Part shown: positions 26,051 through 40,740 of the stretch, one piece after another
Layout of the letters: every line of letters begins with the position of its first letter
Numbering within the stretch: the first letter of the stretch is position 1
From: Octopus vulgaris
Taxonomy: Eukaryota
Reading direction: 5' to 3'
Length of the DNA stretch: 64,000 bases
Assembly (NCBI GenBank): GCA_951406725.2
Contig: OX597814.1
Location: 222,022,001-222,086,000 of the forward strand
Translations under genes and position numbers: made by a program
The notes under the pieces: generated by a model
The model's database searches: none
What the model saw: the letters and a program-made list of their open reading frames with translations, nothing else
Told to the model about the DNA's origin: nothing

Positions 26051-29000
26051 CTGTAATATATTTTATAAAAGAAAATAATAAGAAAGAATCACCTACGTAA
26101 TATTGTACTGTGGTAATGTACATAGTTATGTACATATGTACATTAGTTTCATATGTACGGGTTTACATCTGCACATATATTTCATATGTACGTATTTTCC
26201 ATTTGTACATATTTTTCAACACTTTATCAATATCTTTCAGCGAAATAAAAATGTAAGGTAAATATACAAAGCAGAGTCATAAGAGCTATATGATGTTTTG
26301 CACAAAAGTATCACATTTTGATCAATGATGGTGAAAAGTGAGATGAATTATGTGAACTAGAAATGAAATTATTGTAACACTGGAATTTCATGAATTTCAG
26401 CAGAGCTACTTCAATATCCAAAAAAAAAAAACCCTTGGACGTTATGAAAAGTAGAAGTGTAAACTCTTTCTCTATGATATTCATATTGCATTCAGATAAC
26501 ATTTACGTTGAACAGTAAGCAAGTTATTAGTCTCTTATTACTCCCCAATACATTATGACTAGTCGTAATACGATATAGAATTTTTTTTTCACTCAGCAAT
26601 TGAAGATAGCAGTATACTTATAAAATGCAGCAAGAAAGAATGAGAGAAAAATATTGTGCTCTGAAAGAAACGAAAAAACAAATATATTAATAATCTATTT
26701 TTTATGGAATTTATCTGATGAAACTTATTTCAAACAAATACATTTTTCTTATCGTACCCTAGAGACAAAATACTTGAAATGAAAATGATAGATCTTAGAA
26801 TATTGTTTTGTAATAGCAGACAATAGTGGAGGTGAAACAAATATAAAAAAAATATTTCTACATATTGTAAAAGCATGGTCGTGTGGTGTAAACACGTGGT
26901 TCTGAGTTCGACCCCAACTCTATAACATTGAGTAAATTTATTCTATATTAACCTTGGTCAGATTTGTACATTCTTAATAAATTTCGGTGGAATTAAACTG
27001 TGCAAAATCAGTAGAATGCAGTAAACAAGATGTTTGTGTATAACATCACCAGCTCTTTAATGTTATTAGTAGATTCCAATCTGCCTGAGCATTCGGTCCA
27101 AAGTTTCTACCTGTGGAGAACTCGATGAGTTGCTGAGCTCCTTCATATTCAGAAAAATATAAAACGTAATCTAGTTCCCCTCCTCACCAGCAGTCTTTTA
27201 CACACAGCAATGGTCATGGAAGTTGTCTTTCCTCATTTCACAGAGTCAGACGTCAAAGAACGCATTGCATTTTTGCCTAATAATTATTGCAAGGAAGTAT
27301 GCTTGAATTGTAATTATAGTGTGTGTGTGCTTGTGTGTGTGCGTGCGTGCGTGTTTGCGTGTGTGTGTGTGTGTGTGGATTCCTTACGTGCCAAATATAA
27401 AAGATCACAGAATCAGTTCAGATAACGGTATCGTATTTTCTTGTTACAAAACAGCAATCATGTCACAAATTTTATTCTAATGGTAAGATAGTTGTATACA
27501 ATAGACGATGTATATTCGAATTTTGTATTTATGCTATTAGATGTATTCAATATTTTCTGCATTATTAACAACGTAATCATAAATTTATATCTATGCAGCG
27601 TATTTTACTTGTTTGATTGCTTAGGAGCTCCTTTTACTGGGTACCTAGTCGAATCCGAACAAGTTTCACATTATAAATTGTTTCAGAGATGTCAAATATT
27701 TCATCTTTAAACACATTAAAATAAAGTATGTAATTCTGAAATTTCAAGTATTCTGACATTCAACTTTTCTTCATATTTTCAAAGTTTCTCTAACAGAATG
27801 GAATGATTACGCAGACTAAATAATATATATGATACCAACGTATGCGAATTTTAGCACAGTGAGTAGGTTTATGTAAGAATTCAACTCATAGAAATATAAA
27901 TATTTAGAGCACATGTATTCTATAGTATGTTAGGATATTTTATACGTACCGATAACACAAATGTATGAATATGTTAGTGTTCATGTAACAGACATGAAAT
28001 GTATATCTATGATGCGAGGCATATATATTTCTGCATGACTTTTCTCTATAGATAAATGAATAAATTCATGAAGTTGTATGCAATGCCGTTTCTAAAGAAT
28101 GACAATATTGACAAGACTTACTTTTCTTTTTCATATAAAGAGACATTTTCTTCTGTAAATGGAAAGTTAGGATTATTTCTTCTTTTCGGTAACCTTTTCC
28201 TGTGGAAGAAAATTAACAATAAATAAATGAACAACCACAAATACAGAAAAGGGAAATTACTCAGAAAAAGTCACGATGAAACGTCAAACAAACGAAAAAT
28301 AATCTAAATATAACTCCTCTCACGGTTTATTTTTGTTGTCACAGTAATTTTTTCTTTTTTTTTTTTTTTACTACTTAAAATATTTTAGAGCTGAAATACT
28401 CAAGCACACAATTTCACATAGACACAAAGATGTAAAAATTAAAATTTGCACAAAAGTAAGCTATATCATACTATACTGTCAAAATTAACGGGATTTTAAA
28501 GTTTTACAATCACTAGAGTTTCTCTGTTATAGAAATGGTGCTGGTCATTCGTTAAAATCAAACATTTTTTAAGGAAAATCTTATTTTCCTCACGTTTTCT
28601 CTTTCTTAGTAAATGCTGTAATATATCACAAATGCACTTCGCTTGCTGTGTGCAATATATGAATATGAAATATTTCATGATATGAAATTGAGCGAGTAGT
28701 AGAATAAAGGCTAGATTCGGAGGTGAGAAAGATATCAATGATTTTTTGGGGGGTGGGGGGAAACTGTGTTACATCGGAACAATGTAATGTGATATTATTC
28801 TGTTAGAAACATTTCAGGATAATCTGTATAGGATAATCTGTATAGGATTACTAATATAAAGTGTAGATATAAAATAATTGCAGTGGTTCCTTTCAGCTAC
28901 TACTTATTTATGCCCAGGTTACCACACTGACTTTATGTAATTTTAAATACTTAAGTGGTGTGCACCATTCCCCCAAAATGGTTAATACTAGTAGACTACT

Positions 29001-29389
29001 TGCCATCCACTCACTTAAATAGTCAAATATTTACTTATTCCTTTTCCAATAAACATTATAAAGAAACCTATGAACCGTTTTGTTAATTTTATTATTTTTT
29101 CATGTTTAAATAATGCTTATAGTTCTGTAAGATATTTCCTCGATTTTATGACACATTGTCTTGCATTAAATCCGTTTCCTTTTTATTTATCAAACTTAAT
29201 ATCGAAGTGGGATGGTAGTATTTGACTTGCCAAACTACAGATAGCTATGCCAGTGGAGTGACGCGAACCTTATTTTTACGCAATTTATTATTTGTATTTT
29301 AATGAGTTTGTAACCTTCTTCGACCGAGCTATGTTGAAAGGCATCGTTGTTATAGGATATGGTCTTGTCTGTTATATTAACGCAAGGGT

Positions 29390-29606
29390 AAGGCGGAGTT
29401 GTGGCAGAATCTTTCGCACACCAGGTAAAATGCTGAGCGTGATTTCGCCAATCGTTATGGTCTGAATTCAAATTCCGCTGAGGTCGACTTTGCCTTTCAT
29501 TCTTTCGAGGTTGATAAAATAAGTACCAGTTGAGTACTGAGGCCGATAAAATCAACTTATCCCCTCCCCGGAATTTTCTGGCCTTGTGCCAAAATTTGAA
29601 ACCAAT
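29390..29606 (+). mobile_element. SINE (gcgagctggcagaa family)
   Basis: gaattcaaattccgctgaggtcgactttgcctttcatt...ggccttgtgccaaaatttgaaaccaata. Confidence 0.8.
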
Positions 29607-30422
29607 ACTACGTCAGTCTTTTACAAATTCTTTCATTTTTATGACTGCAGAATAAGAGTTTTAAAGAAATTGGATTGGTATTTCTAACGCTAACCCTAAG
29701 CCCCGTATACAGTCTGTTTTAATATCACTCGATATGAAGTAACTATTCTTCATCTGAAAGGTCATGCAGTTATTATGTGACTTTCTGAGGAGCTGATTGA
29801 TATGCTTGAATCATCGAACAAGTCTCAAGTAATAGAAGTGAAATAAACCTTATGCATTTCATTCTAGCGATCTGAGTAATTTCATTCAATACTCAACATG
29901 GATCATGACATGATTTTAGAAAAAGCATCTAGGATGACGCAAATTCTCTCAAGAATTTTGCTATTCAAATGACTTGTGATTAGATTATCGATTTGATTTT
30001 TGCTTTTGAATACTGAGCTGTGTTTTGTTCCATTTCGATTCTTAACATTAAGAATTTGATCTCTCATTTAATGCTTCAATGTACGAGTAATTGAATTAAT
30101 AGGTTTATACAGCCCTCTGCTGATTGATGTGGCGTATCGCTGCGCTTGTTTATTTTCAGTCGTCATGTTTTATAAAATGGCTTTAAGTTTTATGCAATTC
30201 ATTTCAGTAATCTTCAGCTGAATTCTCCAGCAATAGCTTCAACAAAATATTAAGTCAACAAATGAAAACCAATGGAAGAAATTATTGGAAGCTGGAATTA
30301 AATAATAGAACCTCTAAAATTCAAACGGTAAATGAAGAATTTTATGCATACTGTTCTGCGTATGTATACATACATACATACATACATACATACATACATA
30401 CATACATACATACATACATACA

Positions 30423-30519
<97 letters not shown>

Positions 30520-30944
30520 TTAAGGTGAGAGAAGAAAGCTGATAGGTAAAAGTGTCATCGAACAGGAAAGTCACAATGAAAAGTAATGTTTTCAATGATA
30601 TTTTGGTTTTACTGTTTCACAAATTACATTTCTAAAAGGTGATAGTTATCTTCAGATAATCACACACATATCTGTGTGTAATTACTATCAAGTAATCGCA
30701 TGCATATATGCATAAACATACGCAAAGAGCAAACACCAAAGCTATTAACTTACGTTAAATACTCGGAGCAACAATTCAGCAAATAAGTGGTTAAATTTAC
30801 TGCACTGAAAGGAAACGTGTCAATTATGTTTGCAATTTTCTAGCACAAATTCATTCTTGAACAGTCCTATAAAAGCAGACGCTCCAGCTGCGACAATCTG
30901 TCTTATTTTCTAACACAGTATACGGAGGCATATATTATCAACTA

Positions 30945-32172
30945 TCAGGTCATCCCATAAGCTCTGTCCGAATTTTGAATAAAGAAAACAAGTGATCAAA
31001 TTTTATATTTAATTGAAATTTAATCATCAATGTACTTTCCCTGATTATCTATGACTTCTTCCCATCTATTTACAAGCTTTTTTATCCCATCAATGTAAAA
31101 CTCTTTTGGTTTCAAAGAGAAGAACTCTGAAATGTCAGTTTCGACCTCCTCCTGCCTTGTGACGAAGCAAATGGTAGTCTGAAGGAGCAAGATCGCGAGA
31201 ATAAAGTAAATGAGGAATTTTTCCCAATCCTCTTCGGTCTTCTATGAGGAGATCTTTGCAATGTGGGGTCATGCATTGTCCTGATGAAACATTACTCCTT
31301 TTCGATTCACTAAAGCGGGTCTTTTTTCTTCAAAGTTTGGTTCAAACGCTCTAATTGCTGACAGTAGACTTGAGCATTGATTGTTGCATTAGGTAGTAAC
31401 AATTCAAAGTGAATTATTCCTTTGCAATCCCACCAGATAGAGAACATTTTTTCCCATGAGGTTCCCTTCTCGGTTGTGGTTGAGTTCTTTCCCTTTTACC
31501 AAGCCACTCTTTACGACATTTAACATTTCGATAGAAGATCCATTTTTCATCACTAGTCACAAGTCTATCCAAAAAGGGTGAACTGAGTTTGCGAGAATGG
31601 AGAGAAGAGCATATGTCAACTCGGGATTTGCGGTTGCTTCCGGATAATTCATGAGGCACCCATTTTCCAAGTTTAGGAACCTTTCCAAGTGGTTGAAGAT
31701 GACGAGAACAGTGGTATGGTTTGAACTAATCTTTATTGCCAATTCTTCAACTGATAATGCAGGATTTTATTCAAGTAATGCTTCAAGGAACTTATAATCA
31801 AACTCAAGTGAACGTCCTGTTCGATCTTCGTCTTCAAGGCTGAAATCTCCACTTCTGAATTTTGCAAACTATCTTCTGGAAGTTCTTCCATTCAAGCATT
31901 CTTTCCCATAAACTGAGTGTATGTTTGGAGTTGCTTCGGCTGCAGAGTTTCCTTTTTTGCCTCAAATGCTCTTTGGATACTTGCATATTAGAAAGGGTTT
32001 TAATCAAAGAAATTTTAATTTTTTTTTATACAATAAAATAATATTTAATTAGTTTAAATGTGCACAAATGCATAAAAATAATATTTAATTCCATTAGACT
32101 TTCTAAAATACTACTAAATTTCATTCAATTTTAAAACAGCTAAAATCGGACAGAGCTTATGGGGTTACCTGA
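30945..32172 (-). mobile_element. Near full-length defective mariner transposon
   Basis: ~32 bp TIRs tcaggt(c/a)a(t/c)cccataagctctgtccga, TA target duplication; WMPHEL, RLVTSDEKW, FHQDNA and DLAPSDYHL motifs with stops and frameshifts. Confidence 0.95.
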
Positions 32173-33344
32173 TAATATATTCTTTTGTTTTAAGACCATA
32201 TCAAACAAACTGAGCATTCACGTATAGATTAACCAAGCATTAAAAATTGATCAAGTTAATTGATCAACTGATTAAATTTTTGAGTAATTATGATAGAAAG
32301 AAGAGAAATAGAACTAGTGCATGTGTCTTTTAACCTATCCAAGCTACATTCGTATCAACATGCATTCTCACTTGAAGAATCTTGCAAAATAAATGCAAAA
32401 ATGAAATAACGGCTAACAAGCAAGACGTTAAAAGCAGTGTCTATTCCTTAAAAATCAGAATAACTATTTGACACGATCACTTCATAAAGGAATCTATCAC
32501 ATTCAGGCTGTATACGATCTCCATCACTCGGGTCATAATAAACACAACCTCATCAAATGTAAAGCCGAAAAATTTAAACAGACAATATTGTTCATCATTA
32601 AAAGAAAAGAATTTAAACAGAAATCAGCTTATACGAAAAAAGAAAAAAAAAACAACTTTAAAACATGTACTAAGAAATTATTTTACACCATTTGAGAAAG
32701 CAATTCTCTGCAATGTCATCCAGCAGAAACACCGGTGCAAAAACGAAGAAGCTAAAATAGATCCGACATCAGTTGGAAAAAAAACTAAACAGAGAGAAAG
32801 GAAAACAGCTTGATAACAATGACAACATTATTTTGTCTGAATGAACCCAATCAGAATCCTTTGTCCTGATAAACGAACAAACAACACTACTAGCATATAT
32901 GACACAGTCGAAAATACCACCAACATATGCCACATTTTAGGAGATCATTAAAATGAATTGACTGAATTTTCTTTTTCCTAAAAATAGCCTTACTTAATAT
33001 AAGATGGAAACTGAGAAATAATGGTTTCTCATTATTATTATAAGTCAAATTCATAATTCATTAACTAATTAACTAATTGATTTCTTCATTAGTCATTCAA
33101 CCAATCAACCAAAAATTTAATGGGGAAGGATTAGGTGATTAAATAGACTCTACTACTTCACTGGCACTTTATGAAAGTTTAAAGATTAAATTGGCGGGAT
33201 CTCAACTCTGAACTGAAAGAGCCCCATGCTCTAAAGATTCAGCCATTTACCGCATTGAATCTAGGAAACAACAACAGCAATAACGACAATATCCACAAAC
33301 ACCACCGCAACGATCACCACCGAAATTACAACAGTAATGAAAAA

Positions 33345-33461
33345 AAGGATTAAAGCCAAAGTCGACCTCGGCGGCAGTTGAACTCAGAACGTAAAGATGG
33401 ACCAAATACCACTAAGCATTTTTCCCGGTATGCTAACGATTCCGCCAGCTCGCCGCCTTAA

Positions 33462-33531
<70 letters not shown>

Positions 33532-33566
33532 CATATATTGCGAATTGTATTAGTAATACTAAATAT

Positions 33567-33635
<69 letters not shown>
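33345..33635 (-). mobile_element. SINE 5' half abutting (AAT)n and (TAG)n microsatellites
   Basis: aaagtcgacctcggcgg...gattccgccagctcgccgcct, then simple repeats. Confidence 0.75.
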
Positions 33636-33656
<21 letters not shown>

Positions 33657-34286
33657 TTTTATTGCTTTGGTAATAACAATAGTGATAACAGCAAAACCAC
33701 CTTAAACCCTCAACTCGCTATGACAATTTCGATTAAACGAAGAACATTTACTATACGTGAAAACTGTTCCGTAAAAGTTTTTGCATTCGGCCAAATACTG
33801 AATATGAAACAGTGGGAAAGCTGTACTCTAGCTTGACCGAATCCTCAATTAATACAATAGGAAGAAAAAAGTCATAATAGAAGCACGCCAAGTGGAACAG
33901 GCATTGTGAACGGTCTATGGAGATTGAATCAACGTGCTAGGAATTGAGAATTCTTTGAGATAAGTTCTACAGAATGTTGATAGCCAGTCTACTGGTCTAT
34001 ATGCAACGATGCAAGAATATGTTGGTGGCATGAGTAAAGTATCACTACAGTGACACGATAAGATGTTGGAATTCTTAATCATTACTTGCGAATGCGATGT
34101 TATATACTTTAAGTTAGCAGACTATAAATCAGTTCCAGGCCACTAACAATACCCATATTATTTTAGAGGGAATCACTGGAGAAATGGTGAATCGGTTTCA
34201 GCAAAAAAACACTAACTTAAGTACACACACACACGTTATACTGAGACTCATCGAAACATCAAGAGAATATTTACACTGTCGATCAA

Positions 34287-34633
34287 TCTTTATATATAAA
34301 AGTGAGGTTGTGTGCTGTCTGTCTCTTACGATTTAAATTCCTAACTACTCCCACATTTTGCGGTGCAGTTTAACCAAAACCGGGTATCTTATAGTCGTGA
34401 TTCATATCGAGCCCTTCTGGGTATTAGCGCGCGTCTACTATGAGTCTACGATTTTAAAAAAATCTACCATCAATTTTTCCCATTTTTAATGCATTTTTGG
34501 CATATATAAGGGAAGTAACTCTCTAAAAATGTATTATTAAATCTCAGAACGTAAAAAGCTACAGTAACACCCCAAAAATGCTTATATAGTTATTTCCCTT
34601 ACAAACCCGAGCAACGCCGGGTGATACTGCTAG
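34287..34633 (+). mobile_element. Complete non-autonomous Helitron (347 bp)
   Basis: Starts TC (tctttatatataaaag), ends with hairpin cccgagcaacgccggg plus CTAG; inserted between A and T with no target duplication. Confidence 0.88.
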
Positions 34634-35171
34634 TTATAACTAAATTTACTTCAGATCACTCCCTAGCTTATAGAGATGATCACTTTACATTTATTATATA
34701 TGACACCGAGAATACATAGACACATTATAAATGATACATTTACTTGGTGATTGTTTCACTGCTGCTATAGAATGTATGGTTGAAGATATCCTGTTCTGAT
34801 GAGGTCCTATTACGTCTAAAACGTGACTGCAGCTATGTTCGGTAATAGTAAAATGTATTAATCATTGACAGATATTTTCTCTTACCGGTTACGCTTCAGA
34901 GTTAACGTTTTATGAAACGTTTATTAATTTCGTTAATGTTAAATATACTATGCATCTCTAAATATATGACGTCAATGACATGACTTTAAAGACTGCATTC
35001 AGGTTTACTCGATAACATGTAATGTCGAGCTAAATATCGAGAGCAGGAACCGCTGCATCGAAGTGACATGCGCACAATTCGTTCTTTATTAATTTTATAT
35101 ACATTTAAGAAAGTGAAATCAGAAGAGTGCAACAAGGGTCGGTTAATTCCTAATAAAATCTATTCACTTAC

Positions 35172-35182
35172 TCCTCTGGTGA
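35172..35182 (-). CDS. Candidate 11-nt microexon, SPE(D)
   Basis: ctgttttgcag|TCACCAGAGGA|gtaagt; phase 0 to 2. Confidence 0.5.
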
Positions 35183-35263
35183 CTGCAAAACAGTTTGTAA
35201 AACAAAAGATTTCTGCTGATTATTTAGTTTCTATCGTAACCCAAATCTTCAATGGTAACTCAC

Positions 35264-35279
35264 TAAACTCGTAATTTTC
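35264..35279 (-). CDS. Candidate 16-nt microexon, (R)KITSL
   Basis: gattttcag|GAAAATTACGAGTTTA|gtgagt; phase 2 to 0; 81-nt intron to the next microexon. Confidence 0.5.
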
Positions 35280-36724
35280 CTGAAAATCACTATAATTTAG
35301 TCACTGGAAGAAGTGAGGTCATATTAGATTCATTTACCTTTCAAGGTTAGATTTGTTTTAAATGAAAAGCAAAATTGCATATCAGTATTTGCTTGTCAGT
35401 AGCATAATTTCTGTTCTGCTACTCTCTTCGATTTCATTGAAGAGCAGTTATCAGAACAGATCAACAGATAATTTGATTTGCGACAGGGCTTAATGTTACA
35501 TACTTAGTTCGCAAATGAACATAATGTATTGTTTTTCTTTTTCTTTTCAGCAACTACACTATTCTCAAAAATTTTGTAACATAATTTCCTGAAGTTGTTA
35601 TTGATTTTATTCCTTTGATGTTTATGATTGGATTGCTAGAGTGATGGAAATTCAAGCTAAGGATAACTACATTTTAAATCATTTGATCTAACTGCATCTA
35701 TCAAAGAGAAGTCCATTATTTCAAAACGGGTATTGTAAAAGGTACATTAGAAGGATAATAAATTTTGGTAATTGGTCGAGTGTTGGAAATCATACTACAT
35801 TCACCCCATCAAAATAGCAAGTAACAAGTTATTCTTTCGTTCTTTTTTTGTTCAATTTGCAAGAAAAGTACATAAAAACTATTACAAAGAACAAAATGTA
35901 ACAATTGGTGAATGCGGAGTCAAACTGTGTAATGCATTTCAATAATTTAGTTGTTTCGAAGTAGATTAATATCGAACCACATTTAGTAAGTGGAATGCCT
36001 ACAGAGTATAATATTAGCGGAAAAGTAATATTTGTTTCCTCACTAGAGAAATGCACTCCAATACGAAGTGCGAAAAGTAGACAGTGAACGAGGAAGATAC
36101 AATAATCATACAAACCAACTAAGATACCTAGGCATGATTAGATCAAATTTAATGCTTTCTGCCTGACCATAAACTAATATCTGTAGACTATTTAATTTGC
36201 CAGTGACAATATTCCTTTGAGAAAAAGTCTGATTATTACTTTTTACGGTAATTGTGTCTGTTGAAACTTAGAATATGTCCTCCTGCTTTTATCTTCATAA
36301 TTTTCGTCTCTCATACTTTGACGTTGTTGTGTTCTGTTGATATTGTTTAATCTGATGTTAGTCCTGTATGAACAAATCTGTCACCAAAGACATTCTAGCC
36401 GTGCTCATCCAGCTTTTTTCTTGCTTTTTTTTTTCCCACTTCTCATATTGCAACCAATGTTAAATGGAAGTAAGAAAGAGTTCAAAGTACATTTTACTGA
36501 AACTTCTAGTAATTAGGCTAGACCGATATCGTAGAGGATTTCACATTTCGTGTTTCCTGATATAGTGTCTGAATCATGTAGTCTCTCACTTCCTCCTCCT
36601 CCTCCTCCTTTTTCTTCTTTTTCTTCTACCTCTTCTAAATCATTTTTATTTTTCTTCAAACTACATTTTATCTTTTTTATTATTGTTGTTGTTGTTATTG
36701 TTGTTGTTATTATTATTATTATTA

Positions 36725-36786
<62 letters not shown>

Positions 36787-36789
36787 TTG

Positions 36790-37470
36790 TTAATTCAAGT
36801 TGTGTTGGAGCACACGTAGTCTTGAAACACGTAGCGGGCTTGCTACCTGCAGCCTACACTATACTATGTTTACCCTTTACGACTATTTAATAGTTAGCTG
36901 ATGATTCTGACCGTGAAAAGAAGGTAAATGTTTTGTTACAACTCTTCTGAGTACTCTATTCCTATTTCATTTGATGCCTTTTTATTCTGTCGCCAGTGAC
37001 CCAACAAATATTTGTACTATCTTCACCTTTTTTTATTTTTCATCGTCGAGCTATCTCGTATTTAAGAGTTGTTTGTGTCCATATTTTCACGTTTCGTCTT
37101 GACTATTCGTGGATCAGAGGGCCAAGCACCATAGATTATGGAGCACATGTAGTTCACCTTGTCTACCATCACTATATCCGAATTGTGGTGCTCAAACACC
37201 TTTCTGTTTGAATGGGGAAATCCCACCGGTTTTCCAGGCCTCCGATTCAGTCACTCTCTCTGGTTTGGACTCGTACAACGTCTTGCCCCTCTCAAAACCC
37301 ACACAGTTTACAATACAGCACTTTCGCTATCTCATCGTGTCACCACATCTTATATTGGTGCTGGGAAATTCAAGGGCGTTTGTTCATAATATGGGCAATG
37401 ATTTCGTCAGATCCATTACAGATTCGGTACAATAGAAACACTTGCTCATCATACCATTTACCCGAAGATT
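36790..37470 (-). mobile_element. Degraded R4/Dong-like LINE 3' fragment (zinc finger and restriction-like endonuclease)
   Basis: Minus: RICNGSDEIIAHI...HDEIAKVLY...WDFPIQT...SDIVMVDK...PSDPRI...LKYEIAR; 3' end runs into (TAA)n at 36680-36790. Confidence 0.8.
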
Positions 37471-37574
37471 TTTACCTATTGTTTTCTTCATTTTTAACAC
37501 GTTAGTAGCAAAGGACTAGCCGTATAGGTATAAAAATGAATACACTTAAAGTAAAAAAATAATTAATAACTCAC

Positions 37575-37725
37575 CTGTAGTAGCGACACACTGCCACAAG
37601 AACAATTACAGCCGCAATAAGAAGAATAAATAAGGAGCCAGCAAGGCCCCATAATGTGGATCTGTAGGTTCTTTCTATTCGTATTATATTGTGTTCACCA
37701 ACGGGTGTTTCTTCATCAACAGGAC
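37575..37725 (-). CDS. Transmembrane-domain exon: (G)PVDEETPVGEHNIIRIERTYRSTLWGLAGSLFILLIAAVIVLVAVCRYY(R)
   Basis: cattttcag| 151 nt open frame |gtgagt; 23-aa hydrophobic helix followed by basic residues; phase 1 to 2. Confidence 0.8.
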
Positions 37726-38314
37726 CTGAAAATGTATAAGCAAATATATATATATATTTCCAACGTAAACAAGAGACAGATACAGCAATTCATAAATATT
37801 GTGTCATGATATAATGAGCCGAAGAAGCAATAGTGATTATTGAACTCTGTAGACTTCCGTCTGTTTTTTTAACATTTAGATCTCTTTAATTCGCACGCGT
37901 ACGCATGTGTGCGTGTGAGTGTGTGAGTGTGTGTTTTCCCGTGTGTGAGTGTGTGTGCGTGTGTGCGCGCGTGCGTAGGCACGTACGTATACCATAGACT
38001 ATCGCTTACGAGTGCTGGCGAAGTGAAGTCGTCACAAAAATTTTCTGGTGCCTAGTTTTCACCCGGCTCAACTTGATATAAAACAGAAACTAGAAAAGGA
38101 ACAACAACAACAACAACAACAACAAGTCGAAGAAGAAGAAGAAGAAGAAGAAGAAGAAGAAGAAGAAGAAGGACAACAACAACAACAAAGAGAAGAAAAA
38201 GAAGAACAGCAATAATGATGATGATAATAATAGTAATAAAAAAAATAATAGCAGCAGTAGACGTAGCAGCAGCATTAGTAGTAGTAGTAGTAGTAGTAGT
38301 AGTGATTTCAGACT

Positions 38315-38490
38315 TTTGGCACACGGCCAGCAATTTCGGTGAAGGGGATAAAATTGAATGCAGCGACCTCAGTGTTGAACTGATACTATTTTATCAACTA
38401 CGAAGGATGAACAGTAAAGTCGACTTTGTCGGAATTTGGACTCAGAACGGGAAGACGGACGAAATGCTGCGGGCATTTTATCCGGCATGC
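38315..38490 (-). mobile_element. Degraded SINE (gcgagctggcagaa family)
   Basis: ttttggcacacggccagc...aaagtcgactttgtcggaatttggactcagaacg. Confidence 0.7.
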
Positions 38491-38868
38491 TTTACAGTAC
38501 TAAACACTGTCTCGTATTTCATTAAGTGTTTATGTGTTTCATGAAAATATTTCTTATGTACATACAAGACATCTGAGATTTTAAAACAATTTTATCTTTT
38601 CTCTTCAGTCATGCTAGGATGAAAAATAAGGGATATTTTAAATTATAGAAAAATAATCATTCGTTTATTATCTCCCTTTGTTCAGACCGTTCGAAATAAT
38701 GGAGCATCTTTTGGTAGAAGCTATGGCAGTGTTCATGAGTTATTTCATCGAACTTTTCAGATATCAATTGGTGGGCTCTACTGGACGAGTTAGATAAGAT
38801 AGACTTGTATTCCCTTACGGCTGATGTAGTTTAACTCTTATTGTTTTTCAAGGCTTGAGCACCAGTTG

Positions 38869-38955
38869 AAAAATTCAAATTTGATTGCAAAGAATTCAAA
38901 TTTGATTGCAAAAAAATTCAAATTTGATGGCAAAGAATCCAAACTAGATGGAAAA
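38869..38955. repeat. ~21 bp minisatellite, about 4 units
   Basis: aa(a/g)aattcaaatttgattgca repeated, decaying to the right. Confidence 0.8.
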
Positions 38956-39492
38956 CATCTATATCTAGAATGTTTAAGGCTAAACAAGAAAGCTTGCACA
39001 TTTTCACAAGGACAAAAGATAGTTTCTTTTAAAGATCTCTTTACCATGATTCCAAGAAATCAACATTCTGTATTCAGTGCGTTTGGTCAATTTACGCCCC
39101 AAGTTCCTAAGGATCTCTCGCATTTGTACTAGTCAACAACGTTTTAGGTGAAGAATATTATCGATTGATTTGACCCCAGTCTCACACATTTTTATCGACG
39201 TTGGAACGATGATACACAAACTCAAATTAGCATTTCAATAACACTATAGCTATAAGAGGTAAAACAAACTAAAGAACTCACCAATAGGGATCTGAAGGTT
39301 AATATCGTGTTCGCCATGTCTAAATGCCATTGTAAATTTTGTCGTATTTTCCATTTCTTTACCCTCCTCCTCCTCTTCCTCCTCCTCTTCCACCTCAATT
39401 CTTTGTATCTCGTGTCATTTTTAATTTTCTTTCTCTTCATCTTTCTATTTATTGCTACGGCTGAAGCTACTACCACCACTACCAACATCACC

Positions 39493-39572
<80 letters not shown>

Positions 39573-40740
39573 AGATTCTTATAATTGTTTTCCGTTGTAT
39601 TATTACTATTCCTTCACTTTTTCTTTCTCTTCTTAATTATCTTATTTAGTTTCCTTTATATATCAGCGCAAAAGTGTATGCGCTCTTTCCTCGGGGCAAT
39701 TAACAGAAACGAATATTTTCCTGATTTATCCTGACTAATTGAATTTCACTTATTGTTAGTGGTGTTTTACATCTACTCATGAACAAATTGCTACATTTAT
39801 CTCTTTTATACAACACAACAACACACTCAAACAAATAACATAAATACAAGCACATAGAGTCACACGTTCTTGTGAATATGTGTCGACGGTTATAAACAAA
39901 TTTAAACTAACACAATTAGCCTTAAGAGAAATAACAGGTTAAGTAATTTGAGAAAAGATGTATGTTTATGATGAGAAGAAGAAGTGAATATATTTCTACG
40001 CATTTCTGTAATTTAACCTCGTAATGCAAATGCGGCAAAATGTTTTATTAAATTTAATCAACTGCAAAGAACGGTATTAATTTAATGACGATACACTTGT
40101 AACACGGCAGGCAAAAACAAAACAAAAAATACAACATATGCGCGCAGAGTAATTGATTCTAAAGATTACGCTGGCTTTCAAAGAGAGCGGATCACCAGTA
40201 AAGAGACTGTAGAATTCCAAGTGTCTTTGTTACCGTCTTTTGTTTGTTTGTTTTTTTATATAATTTTTATTCTTTTCTCAATTTAAACATGAAATTTGCA
40301 AAGAAATTCTTGTCTTGACGGACACGCTATTTCTTTCTGAATTTATATAGACCTGATGTTTCCAGAATATATTAATTAGAATATCATATAGTCTGAGTGG
40401 TGAATGAGATTTGGCTACTATGTCTAGCAATTTCCCTCGAAATCAACTAAGGTTTTCTCAAATTATATTGTTTCTTTTCTTTCATTAGCATCCGTCATTG
40501 TTCTTTGGAAAATTTGAAGGAATCTCTCAAGGGGTTTAATCGATCACAATGACTCTCCTGCTTAATTAATCTGGAATTCAATTTTTGCTATCGATTGCCG
40601 AGCCGCTACTGCGTAGGACATTGACAAATACAGCAAGAACTAAATTTTTAAAGTAGTGTAAATTTCAGCTCTGACACGACACAGGCACATACGTCATACA
40701 GACCTCAATATACCCCAGGCTTCTATACAGTTTCCGTCTA

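Noticed and set aside
34790-34830. ctgatgag...aaaacgtg hammerhead-like text; similar at 53400-53460
   Set aside because: GAAA not intact and stems do not pair convincingly
38866-39132. 88-aa ORF MKNSNLIAKNSNLIAK...
   Set aside because: Driven by a 21-bp minisatellite; no splice or homology support
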